Below, in pieces: positions 36,584-48,325 of a stretch of 60,330 nucleotides of DNA. The notes beneath the pieces were generated by a model. The model was not told the DNA's origin. It worked only from the letters and a program-made list of their open reading frames with translations, and made no database searches. The DNA is taken from assembly GCA_036802945.1 (NCBI GenBank), contig DAIRVG010000018.1, positions 1-60,330 on the forward strand, written 5' to 3'. The DNA comes from Vicinamibacterales bacterium (lineage in GTDB: Bacteria; Acidobacteriota; Vicinamibacteria; Vicinamibacterales; UBA2999). How positions within the stretch are numbered: position 1 is the stretch's first letter; the number at the start of each line of letters is the position of its first letter. The position numbers and the translations under genes were made by a program.

Positions 36584-39367
36584 TCAATCTCCTACCTTCA
36601 CCGACAACGCCGCCTGCGCCGCCGCCAGCCGTGCGACCGGCACGCGGTAGGGCGAGCAGCTCACGTAGTCGAGTCCGACTCTCTCGAAGAACTGGATTGA
36701 AGGTGGGTCGCCACCGTGCTCGCCGCAGATGCCGAGCTTCAAATCCGGCCGCGTCCTGCGCCCCTTGCTGACGGCGACCTCGACGAGCTGGCCGACGCCG
36801 CTCTGGTCGATGGTGGCGAACGGATTGTTCTTCACGATCTCGAGCTCGGCGTACTTCGGGAGGAAGGATCCGGAGTCGTCGCGCGACATGCCGAGCGCCG
36901 TCTGCGTCAGATCGTTGGTGCCGAAACTGAAGAACTCGGCCGACTGCGCGATCTCGTCGGCGGTGAGCGCGCCACGCGGAATCTCGATCATCGTGCCGAC
37001 CATGTAGTTGAGCTTCACCTTCCGCTCGGCCTGCACGTCGCGCGCGGCCTGGTGCACGACTTCGACTTGAAGATCGAACTCCTTCTTGAACGCGACGAGC
37101 GGAATCATGATCTCCGGGTGGACCTTGATGCCTTCCTTCTGGACGATGGCCGCTGCCTCGAAGACCGCCCGGGCCTGCATCGCCGAGATCTCGGGGTAGC
37201 CGATGCCTAGACGGCAGCCGCGGAAGCCGAGCATCGGATTGAACTCGTGAAGCTGGTGCACGCGCGACTGGATCGCCTCGACCGTCACACCCAGCTTCCT
37301 GGCAAGGTCGGTCTGCTGCTCCGGCGCGTGCGGCAGGAACTCGTGCAGGGGCGGATCGAGGAAGCGAATCGTCGCCGGGTGGCCCTTGAGCGCCCGGAAG
37401 ATGCCGGCGAAGTCGTCGCGCTGGTACGGGAGCAGCTTGGCGAGAGCGGCCGTCCGCGCCTCGAGCGTCTCGGCGAGGATCATCTCGCGCATCGCGTCGA
37501 TACGTTCCCCCTCGAAGAACATGTGTTCGGTCCGGCACAGCCCGATACCGATCGCGCCGAAGGCGATAGCGGTGCTGGCCTGCTCGGGCGTGTCGGCGTT
37601 GCTCCGAACACCCATCCGGCTCGCGTCGGAGCACCACTTCATCAATTGCTGGAAGTTCTTGAACTTCTCGGTTTTCTTCGCACCCTCATCACCGTTGATG
37701 AGACCCGCGACGATCTCGGATGGCGCGGTCTTGACCCGGCCCGCATAGACCTTACCCGCCGTGCCGTCAATCGACATGAAGTCGCCTTCCTTGAACGTGC
37801 GGCCGCCCGCCGCCACGGTGCGCGCCTGATAGTCGACTTCCACGGCAGCCGCCCCGCACACGCAGACCTTGCCCATCTGGCGGGCCACCAGCGCCGCGTG
37901 CGACGACACGCCCCCGCGCGCGGTCAGGATGCCTTCAGCCGCAATCATGCCGCGGAGATCTTCAGGTGACGTCTCGACGCGAACCAGCAGCACCGGCTCT
38001 CCCTTGCTGGCCGCGGCGACGGCGCGGTCGGCGTTGAGATAGATGTGCCCGGACGCCGCGCCGGGACCGGCGGGCAGGCCCGTGGCAATGACGGGGGCCT
38101 TGGCGACCTCGGCGGCGTCGAACACCGGCGCGAGCAGCTGTTCGAACTGGTCGGCCGGATTGCGCATCACGGCCGTCTTCCAGTCGATGAGCTTCTCCTT
38201 GTACATGTCGATCGAGAATTTGAGCGCCGCCATGGCGGTGCGCTTGCCGTTGCGCGTCTGCAGCATGTAGACGACGCCGTCCTCGATGGTGAACTCGAAG
38301 TCCTGCACGTCCTTGAAGTGGCGTTCGAGCGTCTGGCGGATGCGCTCCAGCTCCTGGTAGGCCTTCGGCATCTGCTTCTTCAATTCGGCGACCGGCTCCG
38401 GCGTGCGAACGCCGGCGACGACGTCCTCGCCTTGCGCGTTAATCAGGAACTCGCCGTAGAACTCCTTCACGCCGTTGGCCGGGTTGCGCGTAAACGCCAC
38501 GCCCGAACCGGAGTGCTCGCCCGTGTTGCCGTAGACCATCGCCTGGACGTTGACCGCGGTTCCCCACTCGGTGGGGATGTTGTACTTGCGACGGTAGACG
38601 ATGGCACGATCGTTCATCCAGGAGCCGAACACCGCGCCGACGGCGCCCATCAGCTGATCCCAGGGCGACGCCGGAAAGCCCTTGCCGGCTCGCTCCTTGA
38701 CGAGCGCCTTGATGCGGACGACAAGTTCCTTCAGGTCGTCGACCGTGAGCTTGGTGTCCTCGATGTCCTGGTGGTAGCGCTCGTGCTTGAGCGTCTCGAT
38801 GACCGTCTCGAACGGCTCGTGATCCTCGCCGGGACGCTTCTGCACTCCGAGAACGACGTCGCCGTACATCTGGACGAAGCGGCGGTAGCAGTCCCACGCG
38901 AAGCGCGGGTTACCCGTCTTCCTGGCGAGCGCTTCGACGGTCTGGTCGTTGAGGCCGAGGTTGAGGATCGTGTCCATCATGCCGGGCATCGAGTCGCGGG
39001 CTCCGGAGCGGACGGACACGAGGAGCGGATTCTTCAGATCGCCGAACTTCTTCCCGGTCTGCTTCTCGAGGGCGGCAATGCCGGCCTGCATCTGCGGGCG
39101 AAGCGCGGACGGGTAGGTGCGATTGTGCGCGTAGTAGTACGTGCAAACCTCGGTCGTGATGGTGAAGCCCGGGGGCACCGGAAGTCCGATCCGGCACATC
39201 TCGGCGAGGTTGGCGCCCTTCCCGCCTAGCAGCGGCTTCATGCTCCCGTTGCCGTCGGTCTTCTTTCCGAAGAAGTACACATATTTCCCGGCCGTCTTCG
39301 CCGCCAGGCTCTTCTTCGCGGCAGTTTTCTTCACAGCGCTCTTCTTCGCAGCGTCCTTCCTCGTCAC
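36584..39367 (-). CDS. ppdK: Pyruvate, phosphate dikinase
   Basis: [33 protein letters not shown] (phospho-His), [18 protein letters not shown]. True start may be ATG 39393 (see findings). Confidence 0.98.
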   Translation of the reverse strand: MTRKDAAKKSAVKKTAAKKSLAAKTAGKYVYFFGKKTDGNGSMKPLLGGKGANLAEMCRIGLPVPPGFTITTEVCTYYYAHNRTYPSALRPQMQAGIAALEKQTGKKFGDLKNPLLVSVRSGARDSMPGMMDTILNLGLNDQTVEALARKTGNPRFAWDCYRRFVQMYGDVVLGVQKRPGEDHEPFETVIETLKHERYHQDIEDTKLTVDDLKELVVRIKALVKERAGKGFPASPWDQLMGAVGAVFGSWMNDRAIVYRRKYNIPTEWGTAVNVQAMVYGNTGEHSGSGVAFTRNPANGVKEFYGEFLINAQGEDVVAGVRTPEPVAELKKQMPKAYQELERIRQTLERHFKDVQDFEFTIEDGVVYMLQTRNGKRTAMAALKFSIDMYKEKLIDWKTAVMRNPADQFEQLLAPVFDAAEVAKAPVIATGLPAGPGAASGHIYLNADRAVAAASKGEPVLLVRVETSPEDLRGMIAAEGILTARGGVSSHAALVARQMGKVCVCGAAAVEVDYQARTVAAGGRTFKEGDFMSIDGTAGKVYAGRVKTAPSEIVAGLINGDEGAKKTEKFKNFQQLMKWCSDASRMGVRSNADTPEQASTAIAFGAIGIGLCRTEHMFFEGERIDAMREMILAETLEARTAALAKLLPYQRDDFAGIFRALKGHPATIRFLDPPLHEFLPHAPEQQTDLARKLGVTVEAIQSRVHQLHEFNPMLGFRGCRLGIGYPEISAMQARAVFEAAAIVQKEGIKVHPEIMIPLVAFKKEFDLQVEVVHQAARDVQAERKVKLNYMVGTMIEIPRGALTADEIAQSAEFFSFGTNDLTQTALGMSRDDSGSFLPKYAELEIVKNNPFATIDQSGVGQLVEVAVSKGRRTRPDLKLGICGEHGGDPPSIQFFERVGLDYVSCSPYRVPVARLAAAQAALSVKVGD

Positions 39368-39407
39368 GGCCTTTGCGGCCTTTTCTTCGCCATCGAGTTA
39401 TCTGCTC

Positions 39408-41612
39408 CTACGATTCCGTTACGATTTCCGAAATATCCGCAATATCCAGGATAAGGTCGCGCAGCGTCGCCACCAGCGCCAGCCGCGCGGCACGCAGTGT
39501 CTCGTCATCGGTCATGACCAGCACGTCATCGAAGAACTTCGCGACCGACGGCTGCAGCGCGGCAATCGCGGCGAAGGCCTCGCGATACTCGCCGCGCTCC
39601 GATGCGCCGCGGATCCCGGGCGCACGGGACTCCACATCCGACAACAGCGCCTGTTCCGCCGGTTCCTTCAACGTGGCGACCATGCTGCGCAAGGCCCCCT
39701 CCGGCGGCGCGGTCACACCCTTCGTGATGTTCTTCACGCGCTTGAACAATGACGCGACGCCCTGCAGCGCACCCGAACCACTCATCTGCGCGAGCGCCTC
39801 GAGCTTCCGCTTCGCTTCATGTACGTCGAGCCGCTCGAGATCCATGACGACGGCGCGCACATTCCGTACGTCGAACCCGCGCTGTTCGAACAGGTAGAGG
39901 GCGCGCTCGCGGACGAAGGGATACAGCGCCTGCTTTGTCTCGGGCGAAAAGCCCCATGGCTCCGCGGCCTTGGCGAGCAGCGCGCCAATGGTGATGCGTG
40001 ATGTGGCACCGGTCACTTCGGGCAGATCCGCGAGAACCTTCACCGCGCCCTGCGTCTGGCGCCTGAGGCCGAGCGGATCGCGCGAGCCGGTGGGACGCTC
40101 GCCCGCGGCAAACATGCCCGCCACCGAATCGAGCTTGTCGGCCAGCGAGACGGCCGCCCATGTCACCGCCGCCGTCCCAAGTTGCGGCCGCGACGGCGGC
40201 GCGTCGGCTTCTACGCCGACCGGCAGGTACTGGTAATAGATCGCTTTCCAGACCGCCTCTGGCTGCCCTTCCTCGCGCGCGTAGATGCCGCCCATCGTAC
40301 CCTGCAGCTCGGTAAGCTCCCGCACCATGTCTGTGGCAAGGTCAGCCTTCGACAACCGCCCCGCGCGCTCGGCATGCGGCGCCGCATCGGGTTTCCGGAA
40401 CGCGTCGCGGGCAATCCATGCCGCAAGCGACGCGACGCGCTCGACCTTCTCTCGGTACGTGCCGAGTTTCTTGTGAAACAGGATTGTCGACAGCCGATCG
40501 ATGCGCGATTCGAGCGTCGTCTTCCGATCCTCGTCCCAGAAGAACCGCGCGTCGCGCAGCCGCGCCGTCAGCACGCGCTCCGAGTTGCGGGCGATGACCT
40601 CTGGCTTCTCCGCCTGCGTGTTTGTCACGGCCAGAAATGCCGGCTTCAGCTTTCCTTCTTCGTCCACCACCGGAAAGTAATGCTGATGATGAATCATCGT
40701 CGTCGTCAGCACTTCCTCCGGCAGCTGGAGGAACTCGACCGGGAAATGCCCCGCGATGACCGAGGGATACTCAACAAGGTCGGGGACTTCCTGCAGCAGC
40801 GACGACTGCGCGGCCACGAGTCCACTGACCCGTCCACCGAGTTTGCGCGCGTGCATCTCGAGCTCGCGACGGATCTTCGACTCGCGCTCGCTGCGATTCA
40901 GGATGACGAAATTCTCAAGCAGCCGCGCCTCGTAGTCTTCGAACGTCTTGACCTTGATCGCGCGCCCGGCGCGGCCGCTGGTCGTCAGAAACCGATGCCC
41001 GTAGGTGTTGGGTCCCGAGCGGATGTCCTGCACGAGCGGTCCTTGCGCCGTCTCGGTGCGTCGGATGACGAAAGGAACCACGCGGCCTCCGTACAGCAGA
41101 ATCAACCAGCGGATCGGGCGGGCGAACACGAGATCGCCCTTCCCGTCTTCGAGGTACGCGTCCCACCGCATCTGCTTCGGAAACGTGAGATCGCGCAGCA
41201 GGCCGCCCAGCACATCGCCGAGCACGTCGACGGTCGCCTTGCCGCGTTGATGCACGCGGTACGCGAGGTAGGTGCCCTTCGGCGTCTGGCTGCGCTCGAG
41301 CGCGGCGACCTCAACGCTGTACTTCTTTGCGAAGCCGACGGCCGCAGGCGTCGGGTCGCCGTCCGGCTTGTAGGCGGCCGAGATCGGAGGACCCGTGACG
41401 AGCTCTTCGTGATCCGTCTGCCGTTCGGCGAGCTTCGCGACGCGCGCCGTGAGGCGCCGGGGCGTGCTGTAGCTTTCCGCGGGTCGATCGCTGGTCAGCC
41501 GCGCGTCTTTGAGACGCGCATCGAGATGCGACGCGAGCTGCGACGTCAGTCCCGGCAGCCAGCTCGCCGGTATCTCCTCGCACCCGATCTCGATGAGCAG
41601 CTCGCGATCCAT
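39408..41612 (-). CDS. glyS: Glycine-tRNA ligase beta subunit
   Basis: ELLIEIGCEEIP, TPRRL, FPKQMRW, FARPIRWL, ELTELQG, RDPLGLRR. Confidence 0.97.
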   Translation of the reverse strand: MDRELLIEIGCEEIPASWLPGLTSQLASHLDARLKDARLTSDRPAESYSTPRRLTARVAKLAERQTDHEELVTGPPISAAYKPDGDPTPAAVGFAKKYSVEVAALERSQTPKGTYLAYRVHQRGKATVDVLGDVLGGLLRDLTFPKQMRWDAYLEDGKGDLVFARPIRWLILLYGGRVVPFVIRRTETAQGPLVQDIRSGPNTYGHRFLTTSGRAGRAIKVKTFEDYEARLLENFVILNRSERESKIRRELEMHARKLGGRVSGLVAAQSSLLQEVPDLVEYPSVIAGHFPVEFLQLPEEVLTTTMIHHQHYFPVVDEEGKLKPAFLAVTNTQAEKPEVIARNSERVLTARLRDARFFWDEDRKTTLESRIDRLSTILFHKKLGTYREKVERVASLAAWIARDAFRKPDAAPHAERAGRLSKADLATDMVRELTELQGTMGGIYAREEGQPEAVWKAIYYQYLPVGVEADAPPSRPQLGTAAVTWAAVSLADKLDSVAGMFAAGERPTGSRDPLGLRRQTQGAVKVLADLPEVTGATSRITIGALLAKAAEPWGFSPETKQALYPFVRERALYLFEQRGFDVRNVRAVVMDLERLDVHEAKRKLEALAQMSGSGALQGVASLFKRVKNITKGVTAPPEGALRSMVATLKEPAEQALLSDVESRAPGIRGASERGEYREAFAAIAALQPSVAKFFDDVLVMTDDETLRAARLALVATLRDLILDIADISEIVTES

Positions 41613-42514
41613 TACAGCCCTGCCCCCATTGCCAGCGGATCGACCGGCTCAGGTGGATGCGTCTTGTCGACGTACGCCCGCGCGATCTTCACGGCGAGCT
41701 GCCGGACCCGAAGGATATACGCGGTACGCTCGGTCACGCCGATGCTGCCGCTCGAGTCGAGAATGTTGAACAAGTGCGAGCACTTCAGGCAGAACTCGAG
41801 CGCCGGCCAGATCAACCCCGACGCGAGCAGCTTCTCGCCCAGCGCGTAGTTCCTGTCGAATAGATCGCGATGCGCCGCCGAGAATTCCTCGAGTGGCATG
41901 TCAACCTGGCCGAATGCGTACTTCGACTGCTCGATCTCTTCCTGCAGCCGCACTTCTCCATATTTCACGCCGCCGCCCCACTCGAGATCGAAGATGTTGT
42001 CCACACGCTGCAGGAACATCGCGATGCGTTCGAGACCGTAGGTAATCTCGCACGAGATTGGCGCGAGGTCGATGCCGCCGACCTGCTGGAAGTACGTGAA
42101 CTGCGTGATCTCCATCCCGTCGAGCAGCACCTGCCAGCCGATCCCCCAGGCGCCGAGCGTGGGCGATTCCCAGTTGTCTTCCTCGAACCGGATGTCGTGC
42201 TGGCGCGGATTGATGCCGCACGACTCGAGACTCTCGAGATACAGCTGCTGCACTTCGTCGGGCGACGGCTTGAGAATCACCTGGTACTGGTGGTGCTTGA
42301 ACACACGGTTCGGGTTCTGGCCGAAGCGACCGTCGTCGGGACGACGCGAGGGCTGTACATACGCGACGCTCCACGGCTTCGGTCCCAGCACGCGGAACAG
42401 CGTCTCCGGGTGGGAGGTGCCCGCACCGACCTCCAGATCGAGCGGCTGCTGCAGCAGGCAGCCGTGCGAGGCCCAGAAGGCGGAGAGTTTGAGGATGAGA
42501 TCCTGAAGCGTCAC
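41612..42514 (-). CDS. glyQ: Glycine-tRNA ligase alpha subunit
   Basis: [51 protein letters not shown]. Confidence 0.98.
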   Translation of the reverse strand: MTLQDLILKLSAFWASHGCLLQQPLDLEVGAGTSHPETLFRVLGPKPWSVAYVQPSRRPDDGRFGQNPNRVFKHHQYQVILKPSPDEVQQLYLESLESCGINPRQHDIRFEEDNWESPTLGAWGIGWQVLLDGMEITQFTYFQQVGGIDLAPISCEITYGLERIAMFLQRVDNIFDLEWGGGVKYGEVRLQEEIEQSKYAFGQVDMPLEEFSAAHRDLFDRNYALGEKLLASGLIWPALEFCLKCSHLFNILDSSGSIGVTERTAYILRVRQLAVKIARAYVDKTHPPEPVDPLAMGAGL

Positions 42515-42522
42515 GCAGGCAG

Positions 42523-43242
42523 CTAATTGTTGCGTCGCAGATCCCGAAGCACCCGATCCGATTTCAATGTCTTCTCCAGGTGCATCGCAATCAGCGCGCG
42601 ATGCACGTTCTCGAGCTCCCTCAGTACGTCGCGGGGCACCGGGAGATCACCAACATTCTGTGGGGTTACGCTCCGCGCTGCCGCCAGGAACGCCATCGCA
42701 TCGTCCGAGAGCGTTCCGCGCGCTTCCGGGTACACACCCTGCAGCCGCAGCAGCCAGTACTCGAAGTAGCGCGCGAGCGGTTCGACCGGCGCCCCCGCGT
42801 CCAGCGCGTCGAGCATCGAGGCGCCCAGCCGGTACAGCCGATCGTCGGCGTCGGCGTCCTGCGCCCACTCGTCGAGCAGCTCGGCAAAGTACCCCAGATA
42901 TCCGAGCGCGTCGATGTGTTCGTCGGGCCCGCCTTCTCGCACGCAGCGTCCGGCTTCAGCCGGCCCCAATCGCCCCATCGCAAATCCCAGCGGCGATCTG
43001 ACCGTCTCGGCGTAGTTCAATCCGACCAGCTCGCGCTGTTCCTTCTCGAAATAGGCCACGCGTGCCTCGGTCAGCGGCTCGAGGGCGGCGGCAAACCGCG
43101 ATCGCGGCCGCCTCGCGCCTTTCGCCACACCGCGCTTCTTCCCGCGATCGCGCGTCAGGAAGACGACAATGCGATCGGCTTCGCCGAGCTTATAAGTGCG
43201 GAGAATCAACGCGTCGGCTGTGTACAGCGGCACGAACGTCAC
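42523..43242 (-). CDS. recO: DNA repair protein RecO with an internal insertion
   Basis: [35 protein letters not shown]; located between mgtE and glyQ. Confidence 0.92.
   Translation of the reverse strand: MTFVPLYTADALILRTYKLGEADRIVVFLTRDRGKKRGVAKGARRPRSRFAAALEPLTEARVAYFEKEQRELVGLNYAETVRSPLGFAMGRLGPAEAGRCVREGGPDEHIDALGYLGYFAELLDEWAQDADADDRLYRLGASMLDALDAGAPVEPLARYFEYWLLRLQGVYPEARGTLSDDAMAFLAAARSVTPQNVGDLPVPRDVLRELENVHRALIAMHLEKTLKSDRVLRDLRRNN
42925..42966. repeat. REP-like palindrome remnants inside recO
   Basis: GCAGCGT-CCGGC-TTCA-GCCGG-CCC plus half-element GGGCCCGCCTTC; same stems as the mutL elements. Confidence 0.65.
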
Positions 43243-43267
43243 TATTGTAATGGCGTAACGACCGAGT

Positions 43268-44641
43268 TCACCCCGTGGCGATCAGGTATCGCGCGAAGAC
43301 CGTCGCCAGACCCAGAAACGAGAAGAACCCGAACACATCCGTCAAGGTGGTGATGAACACCGAGGAGGCGAGCGCGGGGTCGATCTTAGCGGCGCGCAGC
43401 CCGAGCGGAACCAGCACGCCGGCGGTCGCCGCGACAAACATGTTGATGACCATTGCCGCGCCCAGAACAAGCCCAAGCACGGGATCCCCGCGCGTGGCCC
43501 ACGCCACGCCGGCAGCGACGAGCCCGAGCACCAGGCCGTTGCCGATCCCGACGGCCGCTTCCTTCAGCAGCGCTTTCCGGGAGTTTGCCCAGCTCAGTTC
43601 ACCGAGCGCGATGCCGCGGACAATCACCGTGAGCGTCTGCGTCGCCGCGTTGCCGCCCATCCCGGCCACAATCGGCATGAACACCGCCAGGATCGGAAAG
43701 AGGTCGATCGTGTTGGTGAACAGGCCGACGACGGCCGCGGCCAGAAAGGCGGTCGCGAGGTTGACGCCCAGCCACGGCAGGCGCTTCCGCAGCGACTCAC
43801 CCGCCGGCGTAAACACCTTTTCATCGCCGGACACGCCGGCCAGGCGATAAATGTCTTCGGTCGCCTCGTCCTTGATGACGTCGATCACGTCGTCGACCGT
43901 GATGACGCCGACAAGCTTGTTCTCTTCGTCGACGACCGGAATCGCGAGCAGGTTGTACGACGCGACCTGGCGCGCGACTTCCTCCTGGTCCATGTCGGCG
44001 CGCGCGCTGATCAGATCCGCTGTCATGATCCGCTTCAGCGGAGTCTCCGGGGAGACCAGCAGGAGGCGTCGCAACGAAACGACGCCAACGAGGTGCCGTC
44101 GCTCGTCGACGACGTAGAGATAGAAGACCATCTCGACGTCGCGGTTGGTCTGCAGCTCGGTGATCGCCTCGCCGACCGTCATGTCCTCGCTGAGCGCGAA
44201 GACATGCGGGTTCATGATGCGGCCGGCTGTCTGTTCGTCGTATTCGAGGAGGTTCTCGACGACGCCGGATTCCTTCGGGCGCATCAGGTCGAGAACCGCG
44301 GCGGACAGCTCCTCCGGGAGGTAGTCGATCAGGGCCGCGGCGTCATCCGACGGAATTTCCTGCGCGAGTTTCGCGATCTCTTCGGCGGAGCGTGTGGCAA
44401 GAAGTGCCGCGCCGGCCTCGGGGCCGAGCTCCGAGATCGCCTCCATCGCGAGACGGCCGTTGCGCTCAGCGAGAAGGCTGAACGCGGCTTCGCGATCCTT
44501 GTCGGGAAGCTCGCTGAAGACCTGGGCGAGATCGGCGGGATGCTGCTTCTGCAGCAGGTTCAGCAGGTTGGCGGATGCACCAATGCGCTGCAGTCGCTTG
44601 ACCGAGTCGAGCACGAGATCGATTCTTCGCTGCGCCGCCAT
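43268..44641 (-). CDS. mgtE: Magnesium transporter MgtE
   Basis: MgtE N-domain, CBS pair, RLPWLGVNL, GMGGNAATQT, ITTLTDVFGF. Confidence 0.96.
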   Translation of the reverse strand: MAAQRRIDLVLDSVKRLQRIGASANLLNLLQKQHPADLAQVFSELPDKDREAAFSLLAERNGRLAMEAISELGPEAGAALLATRSAEEIAKLAQEIPSDDAAALIDYLPEELSAAVLDLMRPKESGVVENLLEYDEQTAGRIMNPHVFALSEDMTVGEAITELQTNRDVEMVFYLYVVDERRHLVGVVSLRRLLLVSPETPLKRIMTADLISARADMDQEEVARQVASYNLLAIPVVDEENKLVGVITVDDVIDVIKDEATEDIYRLAGVSGDEKVFTPAGESLRKRLPWLGVNLATAFLAAAVVGLFTNTIDLFPILAVFMPIVAGMGGNAATQTLTVIVRGIALGELSWANSRKALLKEAAVGIGNGLVLGLVAAGVAWATRGDPVLGLVLGAAMVINMFVAATAGVLVPLGLRAAKIDPALASSVFITTLTDVFGFFSFLGLATVFARYLIATG

Positions 44642-44727
44642 GGTGAATTTCCGTCAGGCCCCAAACGGTTCAATCTATCACGCGACACGTGCAAACTCGC
44701 CGCGAAAAAATGCATCGCGTCCCGTCT

Positions 44728-44763
44728 TTGGATTTGGGATTTGGGATTTGGGTTTTGGGATTT
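44728..44763 (+). repeat. Period-7 GGGATTT repeat with four G3 runs
   Basis: GGG-ATTT-GGG-ATTT-GGG-TTTT-GGG at 44736-44759. Confidence 0.85.
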
Positions 44764-45658
44764 ACCCCCGCCCCCGTCCGTCCAGGCCCATTTCGTCGAG
44801 CAGCCGTTCATCGTCGCGCCAGTCTGACTTCACCTTGACGTGGAGGTCGAGGTACACGCGAGCGTCGAGGTAGCGCTGGAGTTCCGCGCGCGCCGCCGTC
44901 CCGATCGCCTTGATCATCGCGCCCGCACGCCCCACGACGATCGGCTTCTGCGATTCGCGGTCCACGAGAATCGTGCAATAGAGCTTGATGATCTTGTCCT
45001 CCCCTGCCGGTTCCAGGCGATCGACGATGACGGCCGTGGAAAACGGCAGCTCGTCGTGGGTCATCTGCAGGACCTGCTCACGGATGATCTCGCTGATGAA
45101 GAATCGTTCCGGCTGATCCGTCACGTAGTCCGCCGGGTACAACGGCTCACCGTCCGGCAGATGTCGGACGAAAAGTGTCTCGAGCACGTCGACATTGGTA
45201 CCGTCGACTGCCGAGATCGGCACGATCTCCACGAACGGATGCGCGCGGCTGTACGTCTCGATGATCGGCAGCAGCTTCGGTTTGGACACAAGGTCGACCT
45301 TGTTCAGGGCGAGGATCGCGGGTGTCTTGACGTCCTGGACAAGCTTCAGCAGATATCGATCGCCCGGCCCTGGCTTCACGGACACGTCGACGACGAGCGC
45401 CAGCAGATCGACCTCGCGCATTGCGTCGAGCGCCACCTCGACCATCCGCCTGTTCATGCGGTGGGTCGGCTTGTGGACGCCGGGTGTGTCGACAAACACG
45501 ACCTGGCCCGCGTCGTAGTTCTTCACGCCTACGATCCGGGTGCGCGTCGTCTGCGGCTTGTCGGACACGATCGCCAGCTTGTGGCCAACGATCCTGTTGA
45601 GAAGGGTCGACTTGCCGGCGTTCGGCCGGCCGAGGAAGGCAACGAAACCGGATTTCAC
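44762..45658 (-). CDS. era: GTPase Era
   Basis: GRPNAGKST, VSDKPQTTR, DTPG, NKVD, KH-domain GRAGAMIKAIG. Confidence 0.98.
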   Translation of the reverse strand: MKSGFVAFLGRPNAGKSTLLNRIVGHKLAIVSDKPQTTRTRIVGVKNYDAGQVVFVDTPGVHKPTHRMNRRMVEVALDAMREVDLLALVVDVSVKPGPGDRYLLKLVQDVKTPAILALNKVDLVSKPKLLPIIETYSRAHPFVEIVPISAVDGTNVDVLETLFVRHLPDGEPLYPADYVTDQPERFFISEIIREQVLQMTHDELPFSTAVIVDRLEPAGEDKIIKLYCTILVDRESQKPIVVGRAGAMIKAIGTAARAELQRYLDARVYLDLHVKVKSDWRDDERLLDEMGLDGRGRG

Positions 45659-45659
45659 C

Positions 45660-46904
45660 CTACCTTTCCTCTGCTGTGAGCGACTCTTCGGGGCGGCGGA
45701 GGCGGACCTTCGTAATCCTGCGGCGCTCGACCTCGAGGACTTCGACGTCGAGGCCGTCCACGTCGAAGCGCTCGCCGACGTACGGCATACGGCCGAGATG
45801 CGAAAGCAGGTAGCCGCCCACGGTCTCGAATCCCTCGCGCTCGATTTCGATGCCGAGCCGATCCTTCACCTCGTCCACGCTCACCTTGCCGCTGAAGACG
45901 AACGTGCCGTTGCCTTCGTCCACTACGGTCTCGCTCTCGACGTCGTATTCGTCGCGAATCTCCCCGACGATCTCCTCGAGCAGGTCTTCGACGGTTACGA
46001 GGCCAGCGGTCCCGCCGTACTCGTCGACCACGATCGCCATCTGCACTTGCCGCCGTTGCATCTCCTTCAGGAGCTCCGAGACACGTTTGCTCTCGGGGAC
46101 GAAGTACGCCGCCCGCATCAGCGTGGTCATCGGCGGTTCAGCGCTCGGCGGCAGCGCCACCAGGTCCTTCACGAAGACGATGCCGACGATGTTGTCCAGG
46201 TTGTCCCCATAGACCGGCATCCGGGAGTACTGCTGTTCACGAAAGAGGGTTCGGAGGTCCTGCAGCGTGGCGTCCACCCGGATCGCGACGATGTCGGGAC
46301 GCGGCGTCATCACCTCGCGAACAACCGTCTCCGTGAAGTCCACGATTGACTGGAGCAGCTCGCGTCCTTCCGCCTGCGAGATGACTCCTTGATCCTCAGC
46401 CTGGTCGGCGGCGGCGGGGGCGTCGGTTGCGGCTTCCGGCGCAGTCTCACCGTTGGCTGCCTCGCGGTCGCGGCTGGCGTCGATGATGTCGACGAGCGCG
46501 GATGTCAGCGGACGCGCGAGACGCGCGAGCGGCGTGAACACCGGCAGCAGGATGTCGAGGACCGCCTCGGGATCGTGTCTCGAGATGAGCGCCGGCAGCA
46601 GGTGCTCGCACACGATCACGAAGGCGGCAAGCGAGACGACGAACACCGCGATCGAGCGCGCATCGCGAATGTCGCTGAGGCGCACGATCAAGACGCCGGC
46701 GGCGACCAGGCAGCAGCCAATCAGCAGCCTGACCGGGATGAAGAGCTGCAGCGGATCGTCGAGATATCGCCCGAGGCGATCGCTGCGTCCACCGCGCTCG
46801 GCCATGAGGCGCAGCGAAAGCCGCATCAGCGCGCTGAACGCGGCCTGCACGGTGCCGAGAAACACCGTCGCGCATCCGAGCAGGAACAGCGCAAGCGGGG
46901 TCAT
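45660..46904 (-). CDS. Hemolysin-family CNNM/CBS/CorC-HlyC membrane protein (CorB/CorC-like)
   Basis: N-terminal TM domain, [47 protein letters not shown]. Confidence 0.93.
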   Translation of the reverse strand: MTPLALFLLGCATVFLGTVQAAFSALMRLSLRLMAERGGRSDRLGRYLDDPLQLFIPVRLLIGCCLVAAGVLIVRLSDIRDARSIAVFVVSLAAFVIVCEHLLPALISRHDPEAVLDILLPVFTPLARLARPLTSALVDIIDASRDREAANGETAPEAATDAPAAADQAEDQGVISQAEGRELLQSIVDFTETVVREVMTPRPDIVAIRVDATLQDLRTLFREQQYSRMPVYGDNLDNIVGIVFVKDLVALPPSAEPPMTTLMRAAYFVPESKRVSELLKEMQRRQVQMAIVVDEYGGTAGLVTVEDLLEEIVGEIRDEYDVESETVVDEGNGTFVFSGKVSVDEVKDRLGIEIEREGFETVGGYLLSHLGRMPYVGERFDVDGLDVEVLEVERRRITKVRLRRPEESLTAEER

Positions 46905-47362
46905 TGGGCGCCGCGCTCGATCAAGCCTTCCACGAGCCCGCCGCGGCGTCGGAGGCGTCGTTCGGCGCGAGCCATGCGGCCGTCATCGCGCTCGTGATCA
47001 TAGCCGAGCAGGTGCAGCAGGCCATGGAGCGCCAGGACTCGCAGCTCGGTTGCCAGCGAATGACCGGCGACGCGGGCCTGGCGCCTGGCGACGCCGGCGG
47101 CAATCACGACGTCACCGAGGTGTCCGCGCTCGTCAGCGGGGAATGACAGGACGTCCGTAGGTGCGTCTCTCTTTCGGTATTGGCGGTTCAAGGCGCGCAC
47201 CCGCGCATCCGGCACCAGCGCAACGGTCATGTGGCCGCGGGCCCGCGCCGGAGCGATCGACGAAAGCCAGGCCGCAAGCCCAGGAGCACGAATCGTGGGA
47301 ATAGCCACGACCTCAACCGTCAGCCGCGGGGCGGACCCTTGACGTCCGCGGCTCTTAACCAT
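46901..47362 (-). CDS. ybeY: rRNA maturation endoribonuclease YbeY
   Basis: [30 protein letters not shown]. Start trimmed to ATG 47362. Confidence 0.95.
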   Translation of the reverse strand: MVKSRGRQGSAPRLTVEVVAIPTIRAPGLAAWLSSIAPARARGHMTVALVPDARVRALNRQYRKRDAPTDVLSFPADERGHLGDVVIAAGVARRQARVAGHSLATELRVLALHGLLHLLGYDHERDDGRMARAERRLRRRGGLVEGLIERGAQ

Positions 47363-48302
47363 TCTTCGTAAATACGTCGTACGCCTTGACGATCTGCTGC
47401 ACCAGCTTGTGGCGGACCACGTCACGCTCGTCGAAGTATACGAAGGCGATCCCCTCCACATGTCGAACGACCTTCAAAGCCTCGACCAGACCGGACATAC
47501 GCCCCGTGGGGAGATCGATCTGCGTGATGTCTCCCGTCACGACGGCCTTCGATCCAAAGCCGAGGCGCGTGAGGAACATCTTCATCTGCTCGCTGGTCGT
47601 GTTCTGTGCTTCATCAAGGATGACGAACGCGTCGTTCAACGTACGTCCTCGCATGAAGGCAATCGGCGCCACCTCAATCGTCCCGCGTTCGACGAGGCGT
47701 GTCGCCTTCTCCGTGTCCATCATGTCGTAGAGCGCATCGTAGAGCGGCCGCAGGTACGGGTTCACCTTCTCGGCAATATCACCGGGCAGAAAGCCCAGCT
47801 TCTCGCCCGCTTCGACCGCCGGACGCGCGAGGACAATCCGGCTCACCTTCTTCTCGAGCAGGAACGTCACGGCCTGCGCCATCGCCAGGTACGTCTTGCC
47901 GGTACCGGCGGGGCCGACACCAAAGACGATGTCGAACTGCTCGATCGCATCAAGATACTTGCGCTGGTTGACGCTCTTCGGCGTGACGCGGCGGCGCGTG
48001 ACCTGCTTGTGCCCTCCCTTAAGAAAATAGTCGCGCAGGTCGACATCTGCGTTGTCCACGAGGAGCTGCGCCGCGGTCTTGACGTCGCCGTTGGCGAGCG
48101 GATAGCCCTCTTCCACCAGATCACGCAGCTGCTTGAAAATCAGCTGCGCCCGCAGCTCGTCCTTCGGATCGCCCTCGATCGTGATCTCGCCACCATGCGT
48201 CCGAATCTGGACGTTCAGCAGCGCTTCGATGTGTTTCAGGTTCGCGTCCCGCGCGCCGTAGAGCGTCTCGATGCCTTCTTCGGGAAGGGAGATCTTCTTC
48301 AT
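47355..48302 (-). CDS. phoH: PhoH-family ATPase
   Basis: [45 protein letters not shown]. Confidence 0.95.
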   Translation of the reverse strand: MKKISLPEEGIETLYGARDANLKHIEALLNVQIRTHGGEITIEGDPKDELRAQLIFKQLRDLVEEGYPLANGDVKTAAQLLVDNADVDLRDYFLKGGHKQVTRRRVTPKSVNQRKYLDAIEQFDIVFGVGPAGTGKTYLAMAQAVTFLLEKKVSRIVLARPAVEAGEKLGFLPGDIAEKVNPYLRPLYDALYDMMDTEKATRLVERGTIEVAPIAFMRGRTLNDAFVILDEAQNTTSEQMKMFLTRLGFGSKAVVTGDITQIDLPTGRMSGLVEALKVVRHVEGIAFVYFDERDVVRHKLVQQIVKAYDVFTKNG

Positions 48303-48325
48303 CAGGAATTCTGTTCAGCCCTTCA

